From NCBI RefSeq assembly GCF_009914755.1, contig NC_060942.1: a DNA stretch of 64,000 bases. The stretch is one strand, 5' to 3'. This document shows positions 1-14,787 of the stretch, piece after piece. The notes below the pieces were generated by a model. It worked only from the letters and a program-made list of their open reading frames with translations. It did no database searches and was not told the DNA's origin. Position 1 is the first letter of the stretch. The number at the start of each line of letters is the position of its first letter. Source of the stretch: the human T2T-CHM13v2.0 reference genome, Homo sapiens. The translations under genes and the position numbers were made by a program.

Positions 1-1159
1 TCTTACATATACATCAATTTTCTTGAATCATTACTTGTAAGATCTAGCAAAGGAGGTAAATTAGATAGCAATCTTATAGCATTTTTAAGTGAATACATTA
101 AGACACCAGACTTTAAAAGTTCAATATTTGATTCTTGTTTGGCTTATTCATCCATTCATTCATTCGTTTTTATTATCATTGCTGGATTAACTAACAAGTC
201 CACTAGGAAAGTTTTCACTAAAAATATGAATAATTTATTGCTATTGATAGAAGCAGGATAGCATTCATCATTTCTCTTGATCTGGAGTTTATGTCTACTA
301 CATCACCAACCGCCTCTATTCTCATTGGAAAATTCTATTAATGCAGAGAAAGCCCCAGTTCTCTTCATTTGAATGCAAGGGGAAAATGCTATTCTATTGC
401 TTGAAAGACAAAACTTTTCTATTTCCTATAAAATTTACATATATAGATAGACATAGATATATTTATTGACAAAATACCACAAATAAAATAGTATTCCCTT
501 TTCTTTAATACATGCAATAAATTATAAAACTTAATGTTCACTCTTTAAACATAAAGAAAAAAGTAATCAATGGCATAGGCTTCACTCATCTTACAATTTA
601 TTGTGTGCCATGCTTTATAATGTAGTCTTTGCAGTGAAAATCACTTATATAAACTTATATAAAATAAGTTATTTTCTTCTTACTGCAAACTCTTGTTCTG
701 TAAAACATAACCATATGGATAAAAATGAAGGCTACTTGCAGGATTTGTTTCAAAACAGAGATTATACTTGAAACAGTAGCAGAATAACAAACACTTCATG
801 CAGTTCATTGCACTACTATCATTGAAACTCTACAAAGCAATCAAATTTATCTGAACAGCCAAAAGTGTGATGAGACCCCGCATGATTAAAACTCTGAGCA
901 TATTTATGTCTTGCTGAATGCCTGCGTGTTTCATGGGTTTTATTAATAACCCATCAAAGTGAATTTAACAAGTGTGGTCTCTCCTTTCGATAGAAGACTA
1001 TAAATTAAGACAGACAATGTTGACAAATATACACTCATTTTTAAACTATTGACAAAACTAACTATTACAATTTGAATCAAGTAGATATGATACCCTTTTG
1101 TTAGGCAATATGGTCTATAAGAAAGAGCCATGGATTGAAGGCAAAAATGATGTTCCAGT

Positions 1160-1300
1160 AAGGTTCAGTTGTTTGCTAGCTATTCTTAAACTCTAAAATC
1201 TCTGAGTTCATTTAAAAGCAATATTCAACTTGTCCAACTGAGGAGTTGCTATGATTAAATGTGGTAATGTATGTAAAATAAAGTCATTTGTAAGTTGCTA
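1160..1300 (+). mobile_element. MIR-like SINE remnant
   Basis: Degenerate MIR core/3' motif (tctctgagttc...aggagttgctatgattaaatgtggtaatgtatgtaaa); boundaries approximate. Confidence 0.45.
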
Positions 1301-2845
1301 TGGAAGATTAGAATAGCAAAAATGCCAAGACAATAAGTAAACACTTTCTTATGTAGTGATTTAGTTGTAACCTATAATGGCTTGGAATTCACTGGGGGAG
1401 AACAGTGGGAGAAAGACCATGAACAGAGGCCAAGAATGGAGAAGGAAAAAGGAAAAGCCTGGCTCACAGAGAGCATCTGGATGCCACCTTGGAGGGAAAG
1501 TTGAAGTTGGCACAAACAAATGTATCTATTAGACTGAGACTCTAAAAATATATCTAAGTATGACCCATGCTTCTGTCTTTCCCTGCCTAGCATAGTATTC
1601 ACATGTTATAGGTGTCTTCTCTCAAGTTCTCTAGAAAAAAAAAACACCTCATATTTTATTTGTGAAATACAAACTTAAGCCTTTAGCCATTAATTAAAAG
1701 TTTTATTTTTAAAAGTTTGAAGACAAAGAATTGGGTTTCCTAGGCACATAATAAGTTACAGCTCAGCACTGCTACGCTGATACTTTTATGTCTACCTCCT
1801 CATCAAGCCCAGAAAACTATAATTTTTCCTATACTATTCATGTCAAAGTGTTCTGTTGCTTATTGTCCCTCAAAATTATCCCCCAAACTTCTGCATAATT
1901 TTGTCTCTTAGCCTATTTACTTACTTTTTTTTTTGACCTATTTACTTTCTACACAATTGGCCTTGGTGCCTCTGTTTCTGAAAATGGCACCGGCTAGTTT
2001 TCACTTCATTCACCCAATGAATTAATGGAAGTTTTTTATATTCTTGAAGCAAAAGAGGAGCTTTGAACTAGACCTGAGAAATTCAGTTTATGTGTAGGGA
2101 AAAAAATAATTATTTGGCCAATACTGTTGCTATGCAACCACTACAACAACCAGCACTAAAATGAAATGTAACTTCATAAATGAGAGCTGGTTTGAAAAGA
2201 ATATGGTTAGAGACTATTAATCAAAGCCAGCACCTGCTAGAGCCTCCTGAAAAGAACGAGCTAGAGAGGAAATCAAGGGCTTTATAAGAATGTATATAAT
2301 TTTTTTTTCTGAAGAAAGCCCAAGTGCAGACTCATGGGGTTGTTCCTTAAGTTCTAAAATTATCTCCGGCTGTGCATCTGCAATACACAACTAATTATGA
2401 TTAAAGCAGTAATGGGCCACCTACACCTGTTATGATGCAAAAGAGACACATCACCATTTAGATTTTTTAAATGTTTCAACTGTAAGTGAAATAATATGTA
2501 GGTTTTTGTAAAGGAGAGAGCATGGTCACAAGGATAACTGAAAGCACTAATTCTATAGCTCCTCTTTGAAACTTAGAATAAAACTCAACATTGAATATTT
2601 GCTGAACATATTAATATAAGAATGCATTATTTTAATAAATATTAGAAAATCTAATAATGTCATCAAGTATTACAGATGAGACTTTTTTAGGGATATTTTC
2701 TCCATATGAGACAAAGCATTTGCTATCACTCTGGTCATTTTTTTTCTTTTTCTGTGGGGTGTCAAAGTGTACCCTAAAAATTCACATATGAATGAAGACT
2801 ACCTACTTCTCCTTCCTTAAGGAAGAATAAAGTAATCGTAGGGTA

Positions 2846-3351
2846 CGTATTAACCAGCATTCTCTAGAGAAACAGAAACAATAGAATATCTAGATTTTAT
2901 AAGGCTGTCAAGTCCTGAGATCTGCAGGGTGAGTAGGCAAGCTGGAGAGTAGGAATGCTGATGGTTTGTTTCCAGTCTGAGGCTGAAGGCCTGGGATTTG
3001 GGAGAACTGATGGTGTAGTTCCAATCTGAAGGGCGTCAGACTTGAAACCCAGGGAGAGCCAGCATTTTGACTCAAGTCCAAAGACAGGAGAAATCTATTT
3101 CCCAGCTGGAACCAGTTAGGCAGGACGAATCTTCCCTTCCTTGGAGAAGGATCAGCTTTTTGGTTGTGTCCAGGCCTTCAACTGATTGAACAAGGCCCAC
3201 CTACATAGGGAAGGCAACGTGCTTTACTCAATCTACCAATCTGAATATTAACCTTATCCAAAACACCTTCACAGAAACACCCAGAATGTTTGACCAAATA
3301 TCTGGGTACCTTGTGGCCCTGTCTAGTTGACACATAAAATTAACTATCACA
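2846..3351 (-). mobile_element. MLT2-type (ERVL) solo LTR
   Basis: Reverse complement begins tgtgatagttaattttatgtgtcaactagacagggccacaaggtacccagatatttggtcaaacat, the characteristic MLT2 5' end. Confidence 0.85.
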
Positions 3352-3964
3352 GGGTTCTTATCTGAAATGTTCCCATCTTTCAAGGTTTCTGTGATCTGGC
3401 CTCAGCCTCATTTATTCAACTTGGTTGAATGTTAATCACATGAGCCTTCTTGTTTCTGGTTATCTGGATCTAATTAATCCTCAAATATTTCCATGTACAT
3501 ACTCATCCTACCATGCCCTTGATAGAAGTAGCCCCGATACTCAAAATGACTCATCTTCTTTTGTTTACTTAAATCTTACCCAAATTCAGACTCCTAGCTC
3601 TATTGTCATGTCCAGAAATCCTTCTGGGACTCCTTTAGCTTTAATGTATCTCTTCTTTCTCTGAAATCCTATAGAGTGAGGGAGGTCTGTGTCATCTAAA
3701 GTTAAAGTCTATTAGAGAATTTCTTTTGTTATTTGTTCTTTTGTAATGTGTGGTAATATTCTTAACAGAATGTAGGTTTGTTGAAACTAAGGGTCATCTG
3801 CTATTTTCATTTATCTATTTAACATGTAGTAAAAATCTGCTCACAAGGTATTCACACTTTGATAAGGAAATTGGAATAATTAACAGATAATTCCAATAGT
3901 GTAATTAGTGATCTCATACAGGCAAGCATATGGTGTTATGAGTGCAGAGGTTAGGAAAGCGTTA

Positions 3965-4204
3965 AAGAGTTGCTCCAGAAGTAAGCAGCTTAAAACAACA
4001 AATATTTATTATCTCGCAATTTTTGAGGGTCAGGAATCTGGAAACAGCTCAGCTGCCTGGTTCTGGCTGAAGATCTCTGATGAGAGATCTGTCAAGCTCC
4101 TCATTGAATGTACAATCTCATCTGAAAGCTCAATTGGGGGAGGATCTGCTTCCATGTGCCCTTATCACATGGAACCTGGCTTCCCTCAGAAAAAGTTCAT
4201 ATGA
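3965..4204 (-). mobile_element. MLT1 (MaLR, MLT1F/G-like) LTR, left part; split by L1PB1
   Basis: gcttaaaacaacaaatatttattatctc...gggtcaggaatctgg is typical MLT1 minus-strand text; resumes at 27729. Confidence 0.7.
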
Positions 4205-5630
4205 AGAAAGAAAAGGGATCATCATTGCAGACAGGAGGCAGGACTAGATTGCAGCTCCAACTTAGATGGACAGAGCATCGTGCAGAGGCTCACATAGTAA
4301 ATTTCAGTTCCAGAATCACTGCAAGAATAAATCAGGAATGCTGAGACAACCCACAGACCCTCTGAAGGAAATGGACTGCTCCTGCAGGACCCGGGAGACA
4401 TCCTAAATACTGTGAGTGCCCACACTGCAGAAGTGGGAAAGGGAGATCCTCCACCCCTGAACATGCACCTCCCACTGGGGAAACCGAAGGTCTAGTTTGC
4501 AGGAGAAGTTTCCAACTTACTCAGAGCTGAATCAGTTTAGAGAGCTGAGTGAAAAACGGGTAGAGAAAGCAGCGGGAAAGGCCCTGGGAGCTTGCTGGGT
4601 CCCCAAGCCAGCCATTCCTTCCTGGCATCACAGGGATCCTTTGGGAGGGTGGCCAGAGGCATGGGGAAAACACCACATGGGGAAGGAAGTCTCCAGCTGA
4701 ACTTTGTAACAGTTTGAACCAGTCGAGAAGCCTCCTGGCCAGAACTCAGGGGAGGGCGCAAATCCTGTGTGCAGACTCCACAGGTTGGGGAAGAACTAAA
4801 GCCCTTTTCTTTCACAGCTGGGAGGTGGGTACCCTGGGGCAAGTTCTCAGCCCTGCTTGCCCACTGCCTGGAAACAGACTCGGTGCTGTTAGCGGGGGCA
4901 TGGTGGGAGTGAGACCAGCCCTTTAGATTGCATGGGAGCTGAGTGAGGCCTGTGACTGCCGGCTTTCCCCCACTTCCCTGACAACCTAACATGACTCAAC
5001 AGAGGCAGCCATAATCCTCCTAGGTACACAACTCCATTGACCTGGGAACCTCACCCTCTTCCCCCACAGCAGCCCCAGCAAGACCTGCCCCAAGGAGAGT
5101 GAGCTAAAACACATCTAGACTTTCCCTCACCTGATGGTCCTTCCCTACCCACCCTTGTAGCTGCAGACAAAGGGCATATACTCTTGGGAATTCTAGGGCC
5201 CTGTCCACCACCAGTTCCTCTCCATACTAACACAGCTGATGCTCTCTGGAAAGTGCCATGTCCTGGCAGTAGGCCAACTGGTGCAAAAACAGAGCATTAA
5301 ACCACCAAAGCTAAGAACAAACACAAAGTCCATTTCACCCCACTGCCACCTCCACCGGAAAAGGTGCTGCTATCCATGGCTGAGAGACCCAGAGATGGTT
5401 CACAGCACAGGACTCTATGCAGACAACCCCCAGTACCAGCCTGGAGCCTGGTAGACTTCCTGGGTGGCTAGACCCAGAAGAGAGGTAACAATCTCTACAG
5501 CTCAGCTCTCAGGAAGCCATATCCATAGGAAAAAGGGAAGAGTACTACATCAAGGGAACACCCCATGAGACAAAATAATATGAACAACAGCCTTCAGCCC
5601 TAGACCTTCCCTCTGACAGAGGCTACTCAA

Positions 5631-6643
5631 ATGAGAAGGAACCAGAAAACCAATCCTCATAATATGACAAAACAAGTCTCTTTAACACCCCCCAAAATCA
5701 CACTAGCTCACCAGCAATGGATCCAAACCAAGAAGAAATACCTGATTTACCTGAAAAAGCATTCAGGAGGTTAGTTATTAAGCTAATCAGGTAGGCACCA
5801 AAGAAAGGCGACACCCAATGCAAGGAAGCACAAAAAATGATACACGAAGTGAAGAGAGAAATATTCAAGGAAATAGATAGCATAAAGAAAAAATAATCAA
5901 AACTTCAGGAAACACTGGACACACTTATAAAAATGTAAAACACTCTAGAAAGTCTCAGCAACAGAATTGAACAAGCAGAAGAAAGAAATTCAGAGCTCAA
6001 AGACAAGGTCTTTAAATTAACTCAGTCCAACAGAGAAAGAAGAATAAGAAAATATGAACAATGCTTCCAAGAATTCTGGGATTATGTTAAAAGAACAGAC
6101 CTAAGAATAACTGGTGTTCCTCAGGAAGAAGAGAAATCTAAAAGTTTGGAAAACATATTTGGGGGAATAATCGAGGAAAACTTCCCCAGCCTTGCTAGAG
6201 ACCTAGACATCCAAATACAAGAAGCACAAAGAACATCTGGGAAATTCATTATGAAAAGATCATTGCCTAGGCACATTCTCATCAGGTTATCTAAAGTTAA
6301 GACAAAGGAAAGAATCTTAAGAGCTCTGAGACAAAAGCACCAGGTAACCTAAAAAGGAAAACCTATCCAATTAACAGCAGATTTCTCAGCAGAAACCCTA
6401 CAAGCTAGAAGGGATTGGGGCCCTATCTTCAGCTTCCTCAAACAAAACAATTATCAGCCAAGAATTTTGTATCCAGCGAAACTAAGCATCATGTATGAAG
6501 GAAAGATACAGTCTTTTACAGACAAAAAAATGCTGAGAGAATTTGACTCTAGCAAGCCATTACTACAAGAACTGCTAAAAGGAGCTCTAAATCTTGAAAC
6601 TAATCCTGGAAACACATCAAAACAGAACCTCTTTAAAGCCTAA
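5631..6643 (+). pseudogene. ORF1: L1PB ORF1 remnant (multiple stops)
   Basis: Fragment ENIFGGIIEENFPSLARDLDIQIQEAQRT...PRHILIRLSKVKTKERILRA is the ORF1p RRM region. Confidence 0.85.
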
Positions 6644-6724
6644 ATTTCACAGGACCTATAAAATAATACTACAATTTAAAAAACAAAAACAAAAAACCAA
6701 GGTACACAGGCAACAAATAGCACA

Positions 6725-7660
6725 ATGAATGGAATAGCACCTCATATCTCGATACTAACATTGAACGTAAATGGCTTAAGTGCTCCACTTAAAAGATACA
6801 GAACTGCAGAATGGATAAGAATTCACCAACCAACTATCTGATGCATTCAATAGACTCAACTAACACATAAGGACTCAGATCAACTTAAAGTAAAGGGATG
6901 GAAAAAGGCATTTCATACAAATGGACACCAAAAGTGAGCAGGGGTAGCTATTCTTATGTCAGAGAAAACAAACTTTAAAGAAACAGCAGTTAAAAAAGAC
7001 AAAGAGGAACATTATATAATGATAAAAGGCCTTGTCCAACAATAAAATATTACAATCCTAAACATATATGCACTTAATACTGGGGCTGCCCAATCTATAA
7101 AACAATTACTAACAGACCTAAGAAATGAGATAGACAGCAACACAATAATAATGGGGAACTTCAATACTCCACTGACAGGACTAGGCAGGTCATCAAGACA
7201 GAAAGTCAACAAAGAAACAATGGATTTAAACTATACCTTGGAACAATGGACTTAACAGATATATACAGAATATCCTGTCCAACAACCACAGAATACCCAT
7301 TCTTTTCAACAGCATATGAAACTTTCTCCAAGATAGATCACAGGGTAGGCCACAAAATGAGCCTCAATAAATTTAAGAAAACTGAAATTATATCAAGCAC
7401 TCTCTCAAACCACAGTAGAATAAAACTGGAAATCAAGTCCAAAAGGAACCTTCAAAACCATGCAAATACATACAAATTAAATAACCTGCTCCTTAATGAT
7501 CACTGGGTCAAAAATGAAATCAAGATGCAAATTAAAAAATTATTCAGACTGAAAGACAATAGTGGCACAACCTATCAAAACCTCTGGGATACATCAAAGG
7601 TAGTACTAAGAGGAAAGTTCATAGCCCTAAATGCAAACATCAAAAAGACTGAAAGAGTAC
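6725..7660 (+). pseudogene. ORF2: L1PB ORF2 endonuclease region remnant, cut by HERV-W; ORF2 remnant continues 18395-20715 and from 26801
   Basis: SILTLNVNGL start motif; DLTDIYR...FSKIDH...[11 protein letters not shown]; later RT-region fragments ([24 protein letters not shown]). Confidence 0.9.
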
Positions 7661-8411
7661 TGAGAGACAGGACTAGCTGGATTTCTAGGCTGACTAAAAA
7701 TCCCTAAGCCTAGCTGGGAAGGTGACCACATCCACCTTTAAACACGGGGCTTGCAACTTAGCTCACACCCGACCAATCAGAGAGCTCACTAAAATGCTAA
7801 TTAGGCAAAAACAGGTTTTTAGCCAATCATCTATCGCCTGAGAGCACAGCAGAAGGGACAATGATCGGGATATAAACCTGGGCATTTGAGCCAGCAACAG
7901 CTACCCTCTTTGGGTCCCCTCCCTTTGTATGGGAGCTCTGTTTTCACTCTATTTCACTCTGTTAAATCTTGCAACTGCACTCTTCTGGTCCATGTTTGTA
8001 ACGGCTCGAGCTGAGCTTTCACTCACCATCCACCACTGCTGTTTGCTGCCATCACAGACCCACTGCTGACTTCTGTCCCTCTGGATCTGGCAGGGTGTCC
8101 ACTGTACTCCTGATCCAGCGAGGCATCCACTGCCACTCCCGATTGGGCTAAAGGTTTGCCATTGTTCCTGCAGGGCTAAGTGCCTGGGTTTGCCCTAATC
8201 AAGCTGAACACTAGTCACTGGGTTCCACAGTTCTCTTCCATGACCCACGGCTTCTAATAGAGCTATAACACTCACCGCATGGCCCAAGATTCCATTCTTT
8301 GGAATCCGTGAGGCCAAGAACCCCAGGTCAGAGAACACGAGGCTTGCCACCATCTTGGAAGTTGTCCGCCACCATCTTGGGAGCTCTGGGAGCAACGACC
8401 TCCTGGTAACA
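7661..8411 (+). repeat. 5' LTR17 (751 bp)
   Basis: TG...CA ends; homologous to 17706-18390. Confidence 0.95.
7773..7876 (+). promoter_or_regulatory. LTR U3 core promoter motifs: CCAAT (7773, 7823), octamer-like ATGCTAAT (7794), TATAAA (7871)
   Basis: Motifs present at expected LTR17 positions; activity not shown. Confidence 0.65.
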
Positions 8412-8414
8412 TTT

Positions 8415-8432
8415 TGGCAACCATGAAAGGAC
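8415..8432 (+). other. Primer binding site, closest to tRNA-Arg(TCG)
   Basis: tggcaaccatgaaaggac 3 nt after the LTR; 15/18 match to recalled TGGCGACCACGAAGGGAC. Confidence 0.8.
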
Positions 8433-8442
8433 CTCCAAAGCC

Positions 8443-8448
8443 GTGAGT
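8443..8448 (+). promoter_or_regulatory. Proviral major splice donor (gtgagt); matching acceptor ttattttttcag ends at 13327, directly before the gag ATG
   Basis: Motif just after the PBS, as in HERV-W leader intron organisation. Confidence 0.6.
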
Positions 8449-9109
8449 AATATTGGACCACTTTTGCTTGCTATTCTGTCCTATCCTTCCTTAGAATTGG
8501 AGGAAAATACTGGGCACCTGTTGGCCAGTTGAAAACAATTAGCTTGGCCGCTGGACTTAAGACTCAGGTGTGAGGCTATCTGGGGAAGGGCTTTCTAACA
8601 ACCCCCAACCCTTCTGTTGGGATGTTGGCCTGCCTGGAGCCAGCTTCCACTTTCAATTTTCTTGGAGAAGCCGAGGGCCGACTAGAGGCAGAAAGCTGTC
8701 ATCCCGAACTCCTGGCATTAGCTGGTTGAGATCATGGTGCAGCCAGAAGTCTCTACTAACAGTCGCCCATGCGTGCACTGCTACCTTTCCTTCTGACCCA
8801 TACCTCCTGGGTCATGATCACGACTTTCTTGAAAGTGTAGACCCAAAATTCTCCTTACCTCTGAATCTACTTCCTCTGATCCCTGCCTCCTAGGTATTAA
8901 TGGTTCAGACTTTCATTTTCTCTAGCAAGTTGTATCTCCAAAGGGATCTAAGGAAGCTCTAGGCTGCGACCTTACGCATCTAGGCTATAAACCCAGGGAG
9001 TCTTATCCCTGGTGTCCCTCCCAATTTAGGTATACAGCTCTCGACATGGGCAGTTATGTGGGATACATTCCCCACCACCCTTGCCAGGGCCCCAAGTTTG
9101 TAATGGCTA

Positions 9110-9303
9110 AGAGGAGGAGAGAGAGAGACATGGAAGAAAGAGAGATGGAGGAGAGAGACAGAGACACGGAAGAGAGACAGACAGTGATGGAGGGGACAGA
9201 GAGAGATGGAGGGGAGAGAGAGAGAGAGATGGAGGGGAGAGAGAGAGAGGGAGTCAAAGAAAAAAAGAGAAAGAAATAGTAAAAAAATAAAAAAATAAAA
9301 AAA
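9110..9303 (+). repeat. AG-rich purine tract of the HERV-W pre-gag leader
   Basis: (GA)n/GGA/GACA mosaic; such an expansion is a known HERV-W leader feature. Confidence 0.85.
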
Positions 9304-9868
9304 CCCACAGTGTTACAGTGTGCCCTATTCCTTTAAAAGCCAGGTAAACTGAAAACCTATAATTGATAATTGAAGGTCTTCTCTGTGACCCTATAACACT
9401 CCAATACTACCTTCTTGTCAGTGTAAACAAGGGCATAGCCTGAAAACACTGAGACCACTGACAATCCATAGCTTTCCTATCAAAAATCCTTAACCCAGTA
9501 ACCTGCAGATGCATTCAATCTGTAGCAGCAACTGCTTTGCTAACAGAAGAAAATAGAAAAGTAACTTTTAGAGGAAACCTCATCGTGAGCACACCACACC
9601 AGTTCAGAATTATTCTAAGTCAAAAAAGCAAAAAGGTAGCTTACTAACTCAAAAATCTTAAAGTATGGGGTAATTCTGTTAGAAAAAGGTAATTTAACAA
9701 CAACCACTGATAATTCCCTTAACCCAGATTTCCTAACAGGGGATTTAAATCTTAATTACCATACAAAGGTCTGACCAGACCTAGGAGGAACTCCCTTCAG
9801 GATAGGACTATAGATAGCTCCTCCCAGGTGACTGAGGAAAAAAACCACAATGGGTATTCAGTAAGTGA

Positions 9869-12651
<2,783 letters not shown>

Positions 12652-12874
12652 AGAAAAATTGCCTAATAATTTGTCTGCTCAAATGTGCGGGCTGTTTGCA
12701 CTCAGCCAAGCCTTAAAGTACTTACAGAATCAAAAGACTATCTCAATCCTGACTCAAAAGGTTACCTACACCCTCTCTGAAACAAATTTGCATAAGAACT
12801 GCTTTTACGGGAACGCATCTTGATGGCGCAGCTGGGTTGTTAGGAAATACTCAGGAACCCAGCCCAGCTCTAGG

Positions 12875-13240
12875 ACTCACCTCTGAGTGCAAAGGCAATG
12901 TTGGGCATGCTGGTAAAGGACCACTAGAATCCAGCAGTGTGGACTGCTTTCTTTGTGGTCAAGAAAGGTGGGAAAACAGGTGCAGGACTTCTACATTGGT
13001 CAGCTTAACTAATCCGATAAGCAGAGGTCCATGGGTGGTTACGCACCATGGAAAGGAACTCACCTCTGAGCGCAAAGGCAATGCTGGGCATGCTGGTAAA
13101 GGACCACTAGAATCCAGCAGCCCAGGCCCCTTTCTTTATGGTCAAGAAAGGTGGGAAAAGGTGTGCAGGACTGCTACATCGGTGAGCATAACTAATCTAA
13201 TAAGCAGAGGTCCATGGGTGGTTATGAACCCTGGAAAGGA
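12875..13240 (+). repeat. Diverged 183-bp tandem duplication in the HERV-W pre-gag region
   Basis: Units 12875-13057 and 13058-13240 both run actcacctctgag...ggaaagga. Confidence 0.9.
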
Positions 13241-13327
13241 ATAAGCATTAGGACCATAGAGGATGCTCTATGACTAATGCTCATCAGAAAATGACTAGGG
13301 ATGCTGGCATCCCTGTTATTTTTTCAG

Positions 13328-14787
13328 ATGGGAAATGTTCCTCCCAAGGCAAAAACACCCCTAAGATGTATTCTGGAGAACTGGGACCAATTTGACCCTC
13401 AGACACTAAGAAAGAAACAACTTATATTCTTCTGCAGTGCCGCCTGGCCATGTTATCCTCTTCAAGGGGGAGAAATCTGGCCTCCTGAGGGAAGTATACA
13501 TTATAACACCATCTTACAGCTAGACCTCTTTTGTAGGAAAAAAGGCAAATGGATTGAAGTGCCATATGTACAAACTTTCTTTTCATTAAGAGACAACTCA
13601 CAATTATGTAAAAAGTGTGATTTATGCCCTATAGGAAGCCCTCAGAGTCTACCTCCCTACCCCAGTGTCCCCCCGACTCCTTCTCCAACTAATAAGACCT
13701 GTCTTCAACCCAAATGGTCCAAAAGGAGATAGACAAAGGGGTAAACGATGAACCAAAGAGTGCCAATATTCCCCGATTATGCCCCCTCCAAGCAGTGGGA
13801 GGAGGAGAATTCAGCCCAGCCAGAGTGAATGTACCTTTTTCTCTCTCAGACTTAAAGCAAATTAAAATAGACCTAGGTAAATTCTCAGATAACCCTGATG
13901 GCTATATTGATGTTTTACAAGGATTAGGGCAATCCTTTGATCTGATATGGAGAGATATAATGCTACTGCTAGATCAGACACTAACCCCAAATGAGAGAAG
14001 TGCTGCCATAACTGCAGCCCAAGAGTTTGGCAGTCTCTGGTATCTCAGTCAGGTCAATGACAGGATGATAACAGAGGAAAGAGAATGATTCCCCACAGGC
14101 CAGCAGGCAGTTCCCAGTGTAGACCCTCACTGGGACACAGAATCAGAACATGGAGATTGGTTCTGCAGACATTTGCTAACTTGCATGCTACAAGGACTAA
14201 GGAAAACTAGGAAGAAGCCTATGAATTATTCAATGATGTCCACTATAACACAGGGAAGGGAAGAAAATCCTACTGCCTTTCTGGAGAGACTAAGGGAGGC
14301 ATTGAGAAAGCATACCTCCCTGTCACCTGACTCTATTGAAGGCCAACTAATCTTAAAGGAAAAGTTTATTACTCAGTCAGCTGCAGACATTAGGAAAAAA
14401 CTTCAAAAGTCCACCTTAGGCCCGGAGCAAAACTTAGAAACCCTATTGAACTTGGCAACCTCGGTTTTTTATAATAGCGATCAGGAGGAACAGGCAGAAT
14501 GGGACAAACAGGATAAAAAAAAGACCACCGCTTTAGTCATGGCTCTCAGGCAAGTGGACTTTGGAGGCTCTGGAAATGGGAAAAGCTAGGCAAATGGAAT
14601 GCCTAATAGGGCTTGCTTCCAGTGCAGTCTATGGGGATACTTTAAAAAAGATTGTCCAAGTAGGAATAAGCCACGCCCTTGTCCACGCTCCTTATGTCAA
14701 AGGAATCACTGGAAGGCCCAGTGCCCTAGGGGAGGAAGGTCCTCTGAGTCAGAAGCCACTAACCAGATGATCCAGCAGCAGGATTGA
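13328..14787 (+). pseudogene. gag: HERV-W gag (frameshift near 13700, stops at 14086 and 14587)
   Basis: MGNVPPKAKTPLRCILENW; capsid MHR ITQGREENPTAFLERLREAL; degenerate zinc knuckles CFQCSLWGYFKKDC and LCQRNHWKAQC. Confidence 0.92.

Noticed and set aside
867-897. GTGATGA...CTGA resembling C/D box snoRNA motifs
   Set aside because: Only ~30 nt from C to D box, too short, and no convincing terminal stem
7246-7707. 153-aa ORF fusing L1 endonuclease to LTR sequence
   Set aside because: Incidental read-through across the insertion junction; upstream EN region has stops and a frameshift
9046-9308. E/R-rich and S/L-rich ORFs
   Set aside because: Translations of the AG-rich leader tract
12837-13244. 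135-aa pre-gag ORF with an internal repeat
   Set aside because: Reflects the 183-bp duplication, which I recall as a HERV-W family feature; no ATG start and not in frame with an intact gag
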